From the human T2T-CHM13v2.0 reference genome, Homo sapiens, in NCBI RefSeq assembly GCF_009914755.1, contig NC_060927.1: a stretch of 64,000 bases of DNA, one strand, 5' to 3'. Shown piece by piece: positions 24,990-37,545 of the stretch (position 1 is the stretch's first letter; every line of letters begins with the position of its first letter). The notes under the pieces were generated by a model. The model was not told where the DNA came from, did not search any database, and was given only the letters and a program-made list of their open reading frames with translations. The translations under genes and the position numbers were made by a program.

Positions 24990-26010
24990 CATGTTCAACC
25001 ATGAAACAGCTGAGAAAGAAGGGGCTGAGGGTTGCATTTTCTATTCCAAGATACCTGTCTTTAGGATTCTAAAATACAGATAGTATATGCCTATCAGAAT
25101 GCATGTGTGTACACTCCAAATTCTGTCTTATTGCTCAATCTGGTTTGTTCTATGATTTGGAATATGTCACTTTACCTTTCTTTAGTGTCATTTTATCCCT
25201 TCATAGTGCTTACAATTTTCAAAAACACACTTCTGACTTAAATGAAATATATAGTCAAAGATAAACAATATAACAAATATTTCCAGTGCTGAGTCTTTTT
25301 TATAATGTAGAAATGTAACAACTTGATTCCTGCGTTTGAAAAAGTTTAAAAGAAAATGACATTTTCTCAATTGCAATATTGCTCAAAATAGAAAGATGGA
25401 CAGAACTCTTGTGGTGATTTTCGTTCCAACTAACCATCCAGCTAGGGAAGGAGTCAGATATTATGCAAAAAAGGAGGAAAGACACTTATTTTGATCACTG
25501 ATTTCTACTTTGAACAGTTAGTATTTTTAGTCATGCAAGATTTATCGGGAAATCTAAAAGTTCTTAAAAAGATGATACCACTATGTATAATCAAAATATT
25601 GTTGTGAAATAAAAATCTATTTTCTTCTTTTTTAAAAACCTTGAAAAGTTAAAAAAAATCGTATTAATTGAAAGAGAACAACAATCTACAGTGAAAGCCA
25701 TTGTGGAGCTACTTTAACGATACACAATCTGTGAGCTATCTGAAGACTGTAAACACACTAATATTTCAAGAAGTATAGGATGAATCACCCATTTAGAAAC
25801 ATTGAAGAGAAGATGAAGAAGCTCGGAGTGAGTTGTGAAGCAATGAATAAGGATGTATTACACACCAGAAAGCCATCAATATTTGTTTATTATGTCAGGG
25901 TAAGGAATAAATCTGTGAGCTAATTTGTATTCTTCACAGTTAATTCCAGTGTTCCTGCTTGAGCATTTTTGTTTCAGAATGAGTGCTGCACAGCTGTTTA
26001 ATGGTGCCAT
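24990..26010 (-). pseudogene. Reverse transcriptase remnant
   Basis: INC..L..FIPYPD; VIHPYSL; K(W)VIHP; LCIVK..W(R)FTVDCCSL resembling WRxxVDYRxLN (25675-25725); ISDSF resembling DISNGF (25447-25461); KCHF..FSNA..TFLH resembling RCPFGxxNSP (25300-25365); FIFDYIF resembling YxDD (25251-25265); EGIK(M)TLKKGK (25170-25203); SF..VSWL. Confidence 0.7.
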
Positions 26011-26170
26011 CAAGAATTCGGAAAGTCATGGTCCCTTGGAGATAGAAAGGCATTGTAAAGTATGATATCAAACCACAAATAATGAAGCACCATTACCTTA
26101 CAACATCGTATACTTCTCCTTTGCGTTTTCTTTCTCTTCTCTCTCCCTGCCTCACTCTCTTCCTCTTAAG

Positions 26171-26405
26171 ATAATTGGATTTGTTAACATTCCCTTCATT
26201 TAAAAAAAATACATCTACTCAGAAGACGAGCAAAACAACCATGAGTTTAAATGATCAAAAGATTTCTTTTGTTGCAACTGCAAGCTTTTTGGAAAAGATT
26301 TTTTTTAACTTAGTTTGCTTTAGTAATGACTTTGTCAATAAAATTAAACACAGAAATTAAACAATTTCATATGTAGAAAGACCTACGCTTACACATTGCT
26401 CTTAG
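26171..26405 (+). other. Candidate non-coding exon (235 nt), antisense to the fossil
   Basis: ~55-nt pyrimidine tract ending ttaag at 26170; donor TAG|gtaagt at 26406. Confidence 0.25.
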
Positions 26406-26639
26406 GTAAGTCACTATATATATTATAGCTTAGGTTTATACATGTACCTATGTTAAAGTAGACGTTTTTTAAAAATTATTTATTTCACTTAGATACTAAT
26501 TGCTATCCATCTTTTGTGTTCTGTAATGCCACATGCTTTGCCTTCTTTTCTGATTTTGCTACCCTACAGACAAGATTTACACTTGCTGCCTTACCTTACT
26601 TTAAAGGAAAATTGAAATCCTTAACTCTGCCTGAAATTA

Positions 26640-26880
26640 CGAGACGAAAGTGACAAAACTGGACTTGTGCTCTCAAACTCTCATTAAATGAGGTTGAAGT
26701 TTGCTCAGTCCAGTGTCACAGAAAGTTCCAGATGAGAATTCTATTCTAGTGATTACAGTCCTGTACATGTATTTATTGTAGATGTAAAGGCTGAGATACC
26801 TACAGCCTTGTTTTTGTGATTGCTTTCCTTGCTGGTAAACTAAAGAATAAATTAGTGTCCGTCTACCAGTAGTTTCAAAG
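26640..26880 (-). pseudogene. Possible aspartic protease remnant
   Basis: LKLLVD-G (26858-26878), resembling D(T/S)G with a frameshift, then VGISAFTSTINTCTGL; supported mainly by its position between gag and RT. Confidence 0.35.
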
Positions 26881-28269
26881 TCTTAGAAAACTGAAGAACA
26901 AATAATCTAAGAAATATTTGATGTCCTCTCCTACTAAAAAAAAAAAAAATCCCTCTTAACCAAATCAACTATAAGCAATTTCAAAATCACATGACTATAT
27001 TGCTAGGCCAGTCATCAAGAGCTTGTCTTGTCTTCAAATATGAAATTCTATGTATGATACTCACATTTTTCTCCTACCAAATATTTTTAATGACAATTTC
27101 TTTCACTCTGATTGCTTTTATGTTCTTAGTGTTATATTAACATCAATAAATATTAAATGGCCTACTCTTGTAAGAAAAAAATATATGTTTTTCTCAAGTT
27201 GTATTTTAATCCACATATAAGGATATGCCTTTTCAAATATGTATACAGTATATATAATATGAGTGAGTCCACATATATTTGTACTTATAAAATATCAAAC
27301 ACTGGTTATTAATAAAAAATTTAACCAATTACATTGATATTTGTTCGCTTAATCTGAAACTTCTGTCCATTTGACAAGATCCAGATGATGCAATGAATAT
27401 ATTTTTAAATTTTTGCAGGTATATACATGACTAGTGCAACTGGTAGAATAAAGAAAATGTAAGCACATATAATAATTTCTATTATCTGGGTGCTAAATAT
27501 TGCTATTTAAAGATATTGATGAAAGGGTCATATTTTTCAGGGTATATATTTTTCCCCAGTAGTAATATATTAAAACTATGTAAATCAACTCTTTGTTGTC
27601 TTTTTTGTTTTGAGGGGAGGTGGCAAAAGGAACACTTTTATAAATGCTCAGTTAAAAACAGAGCACATTCTATTTCATAAGTCTCTAAATTGTTCCAACA
27701 ATGAAATAAAAATCTCAATTTTTATTTGTTTGTTCACTAAAGAATTATAAAGTCTTCAGAGGAGAACTGATTTCAGAATCATGGCTATGAATGTAAAGAA
27801 GGTCATAAAGGCTTTGTGTTGACTCTCACTTCTGGTTTTCCATTAATCATCTGGTTCTATAACATCTAGTTTGCAATACTATGAAGTTAATCCCTGATTC
27901 ACTTTGAAGGGCTAAAGTTATGTCTTAGAAAATCGCACATCTGAGGCAAATGATGACATGTATAATTAAATGAGAAATAACATACTTCGTAGGAAATATT
28001 ACATGTTGTAAACTTGTTTCGTACACAAAGGATTTAAAGAACTTCCTTTTTCCCAAAAACATTAATTTTAGAACTTTACACACATGCTTAAAGAGAGGTT
28101 TTATACTGTCCTTGGTCCTGAGCAAAACCCTAGTATATTCTGTCAACCAACTGTACATACTAGGTAGCTTACGGATCAGTAGTCTAATTTTTCTCATTCA
28201 ATAGCATTAGAGTTGACATGCTTGTGCAGTTTGGTTTATGTCTGCCTTCCTACAGCTACTCAGACATGG

Positions 28270-28530
28270 TTTTTTTCCTTCAAAGCTTCAGTTATGTATT
28301 GACCATAAAGCGTACCAAGCCTCAGAGAATAGGAAGAGTCCAATGTGTTATAAAGGCACAGCGCTTACATGTATGTAGTAACATCTCTACCAGGAAGCCA
28401 GTGTCTGAGAGTCAACATAATTCTTTCTCCTATTAACTCTGGCACCTGCTTGAGATCCAGAAAATAGAAAGATTGTTGTTCTTTTGTAGCTTTTTAGAGA
28501 AGGGGTCTGCAGTTCTTGTAGTTCTAAGTT
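28270..28530 (-). pseudogene. Possible gag (capsid) remnant
   Basis: nearly open frame LKQVPELIGERIMLTLRHWLPGRDVTTYM*ALCLYNTLDSSYSLRLGTLYGQYITEALKEK (28272-28454); resembles, from memory, the capsid helices of vertebrate loki/gypsy gag; collinear with pol. Confidence 0.4.
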
Positions 28531-29002
28531 TCCCAGTGCAACTCAACAATTTGTACTGACTTAGCTTGAAAGTCAAACAAAAAGGAAAGCATGCAAAACC
28601 TTTCAGTTATATCGAGAGAGGTAGAGACAGCCCCATAGTTGATTCCTGTTCAGGATACGTTGTGAAGGCCAACATGGTGTTTATGAAGTGACAGAGATGG
28701 AGAATTATTGGAAACAGTAGCAAACTACAAGTGAAAAACCTTGTACAATTATTCTTAACATATTATTTATATTCAGATGCAATTCTACGAATGATAAATA
28801 GATGCTTTTACTTAGTATAAGTTGACTTCCATCTGTGTTTCTTAACAAAAGAATAATGAAAAATTTGCAGGGAGCTTTACTGCAAATTCAATTAACATTT
28901 ATATTACTATGTCACTCTTGATAATTTAAATTAGATAATTGTATTATTAATCATTGAATACCTACTCTGTTCTAGACACTATGCTAGGAACTGGAGAAAC
29001 AA

Positions 29003-30558
29003 TGCTATTTGTTGAATATGTCCACTAAAGTTGATGTGTTGGAAAGCTAATCCTCAATGCAATATTGTTGAGAGATGAGTCCTAATAAGAGGTGATTAGG
29101 ACATGAGTATTCTGTCTCATAAATGGATTTATGTTCTTATTGCAGAGGTGCTTAGTTATTGTGAGAGTGAGTTTTGTTATAAAAGCAAGTTTGGGCCCCT
29201 TTTGCTCTCTCTCTCTTGCCATGAGGAGCCTTCTGACATGTTATGATGCCACAAGAAGTCCCTCTCCAGATGGCGTCAGATGCTGACACCTTGGAGGTTG
29301 GACTTTCAAACCTCCAGAACTGTGAGAAATAACTTAATTTTCTTTATAAATTAACCGTTCTTAGGTATTCTGTTATAGTAGCACAAAACAGACTAAGACA
29401 GAAAATTGATACTGAAAAGTGGGATTGTTACTACAACAAATTCCTGAAAATGTGGAAGTGGCTGTGGAACTGGGTAAACAATGGTAGAGGCTGGAAGAAT
29501 CTGAAGGAGTGGACTATGAAAAGCCCAGTTTGCCATGAATGGAATGTTAAAGGCAGTGCTGGTGAGAGCTCAGAAGACAAAAAATGTACAGAAAGTTTGG
29601 AACTTCTTAGCGATTACTTAAGTGGTCATGATCAGAATGTTGGTAGAAATATGGTTGGTAATGGTTTCATGAGGTCTTAGATGGTAGCAAGGAACAATGT
29701 ACTGGAAATTGAAATAGAGGCCATCCTTGTTAGAAAGTGGCAAAGAACTTGGCTAAAATACTTCCATGATCTAGGGATTTACGGATGGCAGAATTCAAGG
29801 GCAATGAACTAGGATATATAAAAGAAGAAGTATCTAAGCAGCAAAGCACTCAAGGTGCTTCATAGCTTCTTTTGGCTACTTACAGTAAATTTACAGAAAA
29901 GAAGAAAAGATTTAATGATGGAATTCATAATTAAAAGAGAAGCACAATGGAAAAATTTGGAAAACTTTCAGCCTGGCTATGTAAAGTAAAAAAAAAAAAA
30001 AAAAGAACATGTTTGGGAGAGAAGTCTAAGGGCATGGGCGAGCAACCCTTGGCTATGGACAGAATGGAGCTAGGTTCTATTTATCAAGACAATGTGACAA
30101 TGACCCTGAAGGCATTTCAGACATCTCCAAGCCAAGCCAGCATCTTGAGTGCAAGGTTTCCAGAGAAGCACTCGCAAGACTTTAGTATTTGCTGCCCAAG
30201 TCTACCTAAGGACTTGGCTCCCAGGATTTGGGTGCAGTGTTTCTCACCAGCCACAGCTCAAGCAGACCCAGGTGAGGCTTATGACACAGTTCCAGGAGGT
30301 GGAAGTGGTAAGCCTTGGTGGTGTTGTTATGGTGCTAAAGAGAATAAACTTGTTACAAAAACTAGATTGGCCTCTTCTTTTTCCCTGTTGTCATGAAGGG
30401 CCTGCTGCCATGTTATGATGCAGGAAGAAGGCCCTCGTCAGAGGCCTGTGTCTTGATATTGGACTTCCCAGCCTCCAGAACTGTGAGAAATAAATTTCTC
30501 TTCTTTTTAAATCACCCAATCTCAGGTATTTTGTCACAACAACACAAAACTAGATACT
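29003..30558 (+). mobile_element. MaLR MST-type element: 5' LTR (29003-29400), deleted internal region (29401-~30330), partial 3' LTR; inserted into an L2
   Basis: tgcta...gactaagaca LTR followed by gaaaattgatactgaaaagtggg (MaLR-int start); second LTR end ggacttcccagcctccagaactgtgagaaataaattt. Confidence 0.88.
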
Positions 30559-30654
30559 TAACAATTGTTGAACTTGTGATCCAGCTAAAGATGTAAGATC
30601 AAATGTGATTCCAAGTTTTGTGATAAATGAAAGGAAAACACAAGTGGTGTTCAC

Positions 30655-31260
30655 ATTTTTATTATGAAAACATTCAAATGAATATAAACATAGAGAGAAG
30701 AGCATATTGAACTCCTAGATGTTCCTATAATCTAACTTCAACAGTTATCAATGGATGGCAGATTCTCACGTGCATTCTTTTTCAAACCTTAATTTCCCCC
30801 TTACTCCCTAAATAAAATACTAGATACAATAGCATTTCATCCACTAAAAATATGTTTGTCTACAAGTCCCTTTTTAAAAAGCACAGTGCCTATTAAACTA
30901 TCATGCTTGAGAAAGATAATAGCATTATTTACTTAATATCAGCTAATAACATATCAGTGTTCATATTTCCCTGATTGCCTAAAACATTTTAGTTTACTCA
31001 TTTTTGTTAAGTTATCCAAATCAGGTCAAAATAAACTCTTCATATGACATTTAATTGATTGATAGGCTTTTCTTATCACTTTATATGAAAATTTTAAACC
31101 TACAAAGACAAAAAAACCATACAAATTACACCAAACCCATATTTACCAACTAGGTTAAATCATATATTATTATACTTGTTCTACCACACATCTATTCGCC
31201 TATCTATTCCTCCACTCAAGCACTAATCTATCTTAATTTTTGAAGGTTTCCAAAACTATG
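30655..31260 (-). mobile_element. Old L1M fragments
   Basis: ttttattatgaaaacattcaaa...; antisense L1ME/MC 3' ends. Confidence 0.55.
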
Positions 31261-31384
31261 TGACTGGAATTTAAGACGTGAGAAGAGTAATTAAAGATGG
31301 GTGCAGCTGGAGTAGACTGAGGCCAAATCATGAAAAGCCTGATTTTGGGGGGTTAAGAAGTCAGACTTTACCTTATGTTATTGT

Positions 31385-31650
31385 GTGGAAGACAGAAAAC
31401 AAACTAGATAAACAAGTAAGAAAGGTATGTTGTATAGTGGACAAGGAGAAATGTTAAAAAGAGAATTGGAAGCAAGAACAGTTGGAAGGTAGCAAGATTT
31501 GCAATTTTAAGTGAGTGGCTAGTGTACATCCCACTAAGAAGATGACATTTGAATAAAGACTTGAAGAGAAGTGAGTGAGCAAGCAAGCCATGGGGATATC
31601 CAGGGAATGAAGATTCCAAGAGAGGGAAGGAAATAGTGAGTGCAGGCCCC
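31385..31650 (-). mobile_element. L2 fragment
   Basis: gatgacatttgaataaagacttgaag...gccatggggatatccagggaatgaagattccaagagaggg. Confidence 0.75.
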
Positions 31651-31924
31651 AAAGCTATGATAAATTGACATTTTAAAAATCATTTTAATGAAGCATAATT
31701 ATACAAACATTATAATGATTTTATAAGAGTAATAATGTAACAATAGAATAAAAAGTCACCCATAATTCTGCTACTGCTGGAAAACAAATTATTTTCATGT
31801 TCAATTTTTTAGACTTTTATTTTTCTCTGCATCCATGTTTACCTAAAATTATGCTTATGAAAAAAATTATTTACACATACATGCATATAGTTAATTTTGG
31901 ATGTTAATATTTTTATTTCTTTAT

Positions 31925-32089
31925 TTCTTTTTTTTTTTCTTTTGAGACAGAGTCTTGCTCTTTCACCCAGGCTGGAGTACAGTGGCATTAGCTCTGCACA
32001 CTGCAACCTCTGCCTCCCAGGTTGAAGTGATTTTCCTGTCAGCCTCCCTAGTAGCTGGGACCACAGGTATGCACCAATACACTGTGCGT

Positions 32090-32136
<47 letters not shown>

Positions 32137-32260
32137 GTTTTTGTAGAGACGAGGTTTTGCCACATTAGCCAGGTTGGTTTCAAACTCCTGACCCCGTGAT
32201 CCACCCGCCTCGGCCTCCCAAAGTGCTGGAATTACAGGTGTGAGCCACAGCTCCCAGCCT
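31925..32260 (-). mobile_element. AluS with a (TG)n expansion in the middle A-rich linker
   Basis: antisense Alu dimer; (TG)n at ~32083-32133. Confidence 0.92.
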
Positions 32261-32331
32261 GGACATTAATTTTGTATAAATGTTTTCTGTGTATTATATA
32301 GCCTACCTATTATTTTAATGCATGTCTATTT

Positions 32332-32637
32332 CTTATTTATGTATTTATTTATTTTTTGAGACGGAGTCTGGCTCTGTCGCCCAGGCTGGAGGGCGGTGGC
32401 GCCATCTCTGCTCACCGCAAGCTCCGCCCCCCGGGTTCCCGCCATTCTCCTGCCTCAGCCTCCCGAGTAGCTGGGACTACAGGCGCCGCCACCATGCCCG
32501 GCTGATTTTTTGTATTTTTAGTAGAGACGGGGTTTCACCGTGTTAGCCAGGATGGTCTCGATCTCCTGACCTCGTGATCCACCCGCCTCGGCCTCCCAAA
32601 GTGCTGGGATTACAGGCGTGAGCCACCGCGCCCGGCC
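32332..32637 (-). mobile_element. AluY (CpG-rich, young)
   Basis: gcaagctccgcc..cgccattctcc, ccgtgttagccaggatggtctcgatctcctgacctcgtgatcc; TSD gcatgtcta(t/c)tt at 32320-32331 and 32638-32649. Confidence 0.95.
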
Positions 32638-32767
32638 GCATGTCTACTTTTTCAACAAATAAAACACCATGAAATCTTTTACTTAGCAATCCTCCTGTTG
32701 TTAAATATTTAAGTAGTGCATCTTTATTTTTCTTAAAAACTATAGCAATAAATGTATTTGTAGTTAA

Positions 32768-33063
<296 letters not shown>

Positions 33064-33099
33064 GTTACTTACTTTTCTTAAAAAAAATAAATTTTATTG

Positions 33100-33395
33100 T
33101 AACTACCTATTGGGTACAATGTACACTACTAGGGTGACAGGTGCACTAAAATCTCAGACTTCACCACTATATAATTCATCCATGTAACCAAAAACCACTT
33201 GTACTCCAAAACCTATTGAATTTTTTTAATTTAATAAATTTTATTATGTATATTTAAGGTATGCAACATGATGTTATGGAATACATGTAGATAATAAAAT
33301 GGTTATTACAGTAAAGCAAATTAACATATCCATAATCTTACATAGTTATCTATTTTTTTATTTTTGTGGCAAGGGCAGCTAAACTCTACTCATGT
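33100..33395. mobile_element. Tail-to-tail L1 3' ends: L1PB4/L1MA-type (+, ~33100-33220) and L1MA-type (-, ~33225-33395)
   Basis: gggtacaatgtacactactagggtgacaggtgcactaaaatctcagacttcaccact...; then tttattatgtatatttaaggtatgcaacatgatgtt. Confidence 0.8.
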
Positions 33396-33704
33396 AGCTA
33401 GAGTCCCTTTCAAATCTTTATTTAAGAAAAAATTCAAAAATGAAATTATGGTATCAAAGGGTGAACATTTCAATGATTTTGCATTCCCAAAGGGTTACAT
33501 TAAATTGTACTTCAAACTAACAGTATGTGGTTTTGCCAACTTCACAAATAGGAGTAATTAAGAATTAGAGGATGTATTTTGATCACTTAAATTATAAAAT
33601 GGAATTGTATAGCGTTATTTTGCATTTTTTATTATTAGCAAATATTAATATTGTGCCATGTGTTTCTTTGATAGTTAGATCTGTTAATATGCCGATTGCA
33701 GGCT

Positions 33705-33832
33705 TTAGGTTTTTTTCGTAATTTTTTAAATTTTAAGCATTCTACAAATGTTATCTCTCAGGTCCTAGGTCTTAGGTTTTTCTCATAGTTTGACTTTATA
33801 TTTTAAGCATTCTACAAATGTTGTTTCTCAGG
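33705..33832. repeat. Diverged tandem duplication (~68-bp period)
   Basis: ttaggtttttt...attttaagcattctacaaatgtt..tctcagg occurs twice. Confidence 0.85.
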
Positions 33833-34399
33833 AAAACTTACAGCCCACTGTTCTTTTGAAAATACATGCAAATCTCTGTAATATACACATGAAATTTTAA
33901 ACAATTACTATTAAGTTATTCAAACGTTTCAATTTTTCTGATTATAAAATAAATGCTTTTTTAGTTTTTTTTTTTTAACTTTCTACTTGAAAACTAAAAG
34001 GCAATAAAATAAAAAAAATCAGTTCTATTTCTGTGTGAGAGGTAAATGGGACAGCCAGACTTATCTCCCCTCTTTTCCAGTGCCTTATCTCCTTCGTCTC
34101 TTTAATCAAATAAAAGTGCATATGCAGACTGGACAGTGGTGTTAGAGGACAATAATATTTTTACTAATATATAGGAAACAGGAAGAATAGTATTCTGTTA
34201 GTAGATAAAACAGAGCAGAGGGCATCCCTCCACAGCAGGCTAGGAATGTACTGCAGTGAAAATGGGGGCCGTTGCCTACGTGGCAAAACACTGAAAGTTC
34301 CCAAGATAAAAATCAGTGACTATTGAGCAAAGTGAGTTCTGGAGCAGTATTTAGGGAATTGCATTAAATGGCTCTCACCGGAAGAGCTGCATCTGCTCA

Positions 34400-34570
34400 T
34401 CTTGTTTTATGTTTCCTCAAGGCATGGACACAACATCTATTTATTTATTTTCCACCACTCTTCCCCACAATGCAAACTCGATCAGAACAGGGACATCCTC
34501 CATTCTGTTCCAGTGCCTAAGACAGTGTCTGGCCCACAAGAGGTCCTCAAGATGTGCTGCGTCAATGATC
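34400..34570 (+). mobile_element. L2 3' end
   Basis: aatgcaaactcgatcagaacagggac...ccagtgcctaagacagtgtctggcccacaagaggtcctcaaga. Confidence 0.75.
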
Positions 34571-35879
34571 CCAATCCAAAAATCTTCCCCACATCTTTCA
34601 AATGGTCAAAGTCCCTCTGCTCCTGGATCTGTATTTCAATGTACTACTCTTCGTGTTTCCAATTAAATTCCATAGGCCCTGGGTTCTTTCTGGTAATTCT
34701 TTCTACGGAGACTGTCATACCTCTATTTCCATGATGTTTCCTTGTTTATCTTTTCCAGATTCATCAAAGGCATTTAGTAGGTCATACAAGGAGGTTCATC
34801 AAGACTGTCAGCCAAGTGTAATTTTTATCCAAACATGTTATGTTTTAATAATTTAAAATTGTATTCTTGGCCTCTCTGGCTACATTAGAATGTGTCATAT
34901 TTAATTGCTTACGCCTTTTGCTTCAGTAGAATGGGGCCTGGAGGACCTCTGTAAAATTCTTCAGTTACAAACATTTTCCCAACTACTTTAATGGGATGTA
35001 CCTTTCTGGCCTCGTGCACTTTTTTGTTGTTGTTTTTAAACGCAACAAAGTGTCAGTTTCGCTTCTGGCCACACTATAACCATTCCCCAACACTGATCTA
35101 ACTTCAAAAGCATGAAAAAGTGTGCTGTGCTTTTGAAGTTGGGCAGAGAATGCACATAAACATATCCTAAGAGAGTACCATTTCAAAAAAGCCATTTCCT
35201 ATTAAGCAGTTTCAAATTTTCTTTTATTTCTCTTTTCATTAAAAAAAAAATTAGTCAATGTTCTCTTTCAGTTTTGCTTCTACCTAGTTTATCATATTGG
35301 TGAACTTTTGATCTTAAAGTTTTGTTTTTCTACATTTATTCCAACGTTTTGTTTTATACCACATTGCCAAAGCATTTCTGCTGCTGTATTCCTAAGAGTG
35401 GTTCTAAATGAGAAGCTCTCAATAATGTTTGTTTAACTGTTCAATCTTCATTTAGACTCTGGATAGCAGCCCTACTGGAGGCCTGGTATAGAGCAAGAGG
35501 GAATCATGCATCTGATTTAAGATTTTTAATAAAAAGTGAATGTTAAAAGTAATTTGCCAACAAGGGAAAATGGCAAAGAAAAGAGCAACCCAGTGAAATT
35601 CCTGTTATGGTGAATACAGAATTATGAGAGTGAACAGGCATAAAGGGAGTGGTGTATCTCACACTACATTAAATCTGCTAGGGACAGACACTCAAAAGAG
35701 GTTCAGAGAATATAGTACATGGAATCTTCATAGCAGAAACTGAGGTTGTGATATGAAATCATTCCAATACTGTGATAAATGGAAAGAGCCAACTAGACAA
35801 TTGAAGCTCAACATCTTTTATAAATAATTGTTTAGTTTGGATTTTAGTCAATGAATATTAAACATCTTCTGTCTGAATT

Positions 35880-36075
35880 ATTTTTCTTCTACATACTTTA
35901 CCTCAGATCATTCTAACAATAATACTGGAATGTATGTAGTATTTCCCTTTTACATAAGAGAAATTGAAGCTCAGAAATTTTAAATAACTTGCAAACATTA
36001 TACAGTTAGTAATTGTTCAAGTTGGAGTTTTATTACCAGATGGTCTGATTCTAAATGCAGTGTTCTTTTCATAAC
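35880..36075 (-). mobile_element. MIR
   Basis: ttttacataagagaaattgaagctcagaaattttaaataacttgc. Confidence 0.75.
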
Positions 36076-37359
36076 ATACAACTTTCTCTGTTGGACCTAC
36101 AGTGGCCAAAGTAAACGAAAAATAGCCAGATAGCCATTGTGTGCTTTATAGAAATACTCGTGCAGATCAGAATCACGATTAGCAGTGGTCATGAAGCAGA
36201 TAAGGAAAGTCAACAAAATATTTTCTGACTTCAGAAAGGAAAAGTATGTCTCAAAACAGAATTTATAAATGCCACATATATTCTTATCTCGCCAGTTCTG
36301 TTCAGCTATTTCTGATTTAAACATTTTTCCCATCTTTCTGGTTTCAGATGAGACATTGAACAAAGTCAAATTAAATGAGAGCGAGTTTCTTTTATTGTAA
36401 CAAGATTATGTACATATACATATGAATGCAGCTATGAGCACAGACTTTTTAAAGAATTTTGATATTCAAATCCTTCTCTTTCAAATATTTCATTCAAACC
36501 AGAATAAGGAAATATACCAGAAAACAATAGGAGAGAAAAATACCATTCTATTTGTAAGTTACATGTAATTACTCTCTTGTTTTGCTAAGTCATCTCTAGT
36601 CTGAGAAATGATTACTCTTATTAAGCATGTGGATGGAATATATTGATGAATATATAAAACACAAATAATGGAAATATGTATTTCTTTAATTTTTTATATG
36701 AGATACTTTAAGAGTTAAAATTTTATTTTACAAATACATCTGTATTTAGATCAGGCCAATACAAGGAGGTATAAATATTTTCTTTACTAAACTATTTGAT
36801 GTTTATCCTATAATCTCATCATATTGCTTTTTTCTTTCTCTCTCTCTCCCTCCCTCCCTTGTTCTTATTTTTGAAAGGGCCACTATGAGCCAAAGAGAGA
36901 AGAAAATATTTGTTTTGTGCCTTGCATAATTTTTCATGCACTTTTTGGGTTATATTGTTGTATTGCTCTCACCAAGAGGAAGCAAAGACCTCCTTTTCCT
37001 GCTGTAAAAATTTCATACATTCAAAATGAATTGTATCTAAAAGTTCTCTCTTCCTAATCAAGTATACTTCTCCTTCACTGTTTTAACGAAATAGTTTTTT
37101 ATCTGTAGTCATTAAATCCAGTGTATACTGAAAAATGCATTCTTGAATCTGATCCTTGCTCTTGTAGAATCTCTCTCTTTTGAGCAGCTACTTATACTCT
37201 AAATGATTATCTTCATGATGATTGAATTTTACAATAGATTACGAATAACTACTGGCATATGTTCTTTTTCATATTTGAGGATGACAACCATCATTGGATT
37301 CATTAGTAGAATGCATACTGTGTAGAAAGGAAATGTAAGAGGAAAGGAGTACACAAATG

Positions 37360-37545
37360 CTAGCGTCAAGACTGGTGTCAAGACTATTTGGGTTTCATAT
37401 TTCTGTCACTTACTAGCTGTAGGAAAACCAGTGAAGCTCTCTGTGTCTTAATTTCATCAACTGTGAAATATACCCACCTTGGATCAATTTATGGAATAAA
37501 TGACTTAATTTGACATAAAAGTGTTCTATAAATATTAACTATTTA
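37360..37545 (+). mobile_element. MIR
   Basis: ctgtcacttactagctgt...ctctctgtgtcttaatttcatcaactgtgaaat. Confidence 0.75.

Larger units (their letters stand above)
21935..28530 (-). mobile_element. Ancient decayed env-bearing LTR retroelement (Ty3/gypsy-like or lokiretrovirus-like): gag-PR-RT-RH/tether-IN-env(F-like)
   Basis: more than 20 motif remnants, all on the minus strand and in canonical order (see sub-features); many stops and frameshifts; LTRs not identified; family motifs compared from memory. Confidence 0.75.

Noticed and set aside
24300-25020. Alternative readings as a hAT transposase (RCVSHNL) or a class C GPCR/V2R pseudo-exon (acceptor ccttctttctcag at ~25010)
   Set aside because: Only isolated resemblances; the RT-RH-IN interpretation explains many more motifs in order.
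29947-30396. 149-aa ORF
   Set aside because: Chance open frame in the decayed MaLR internal region and LTR.
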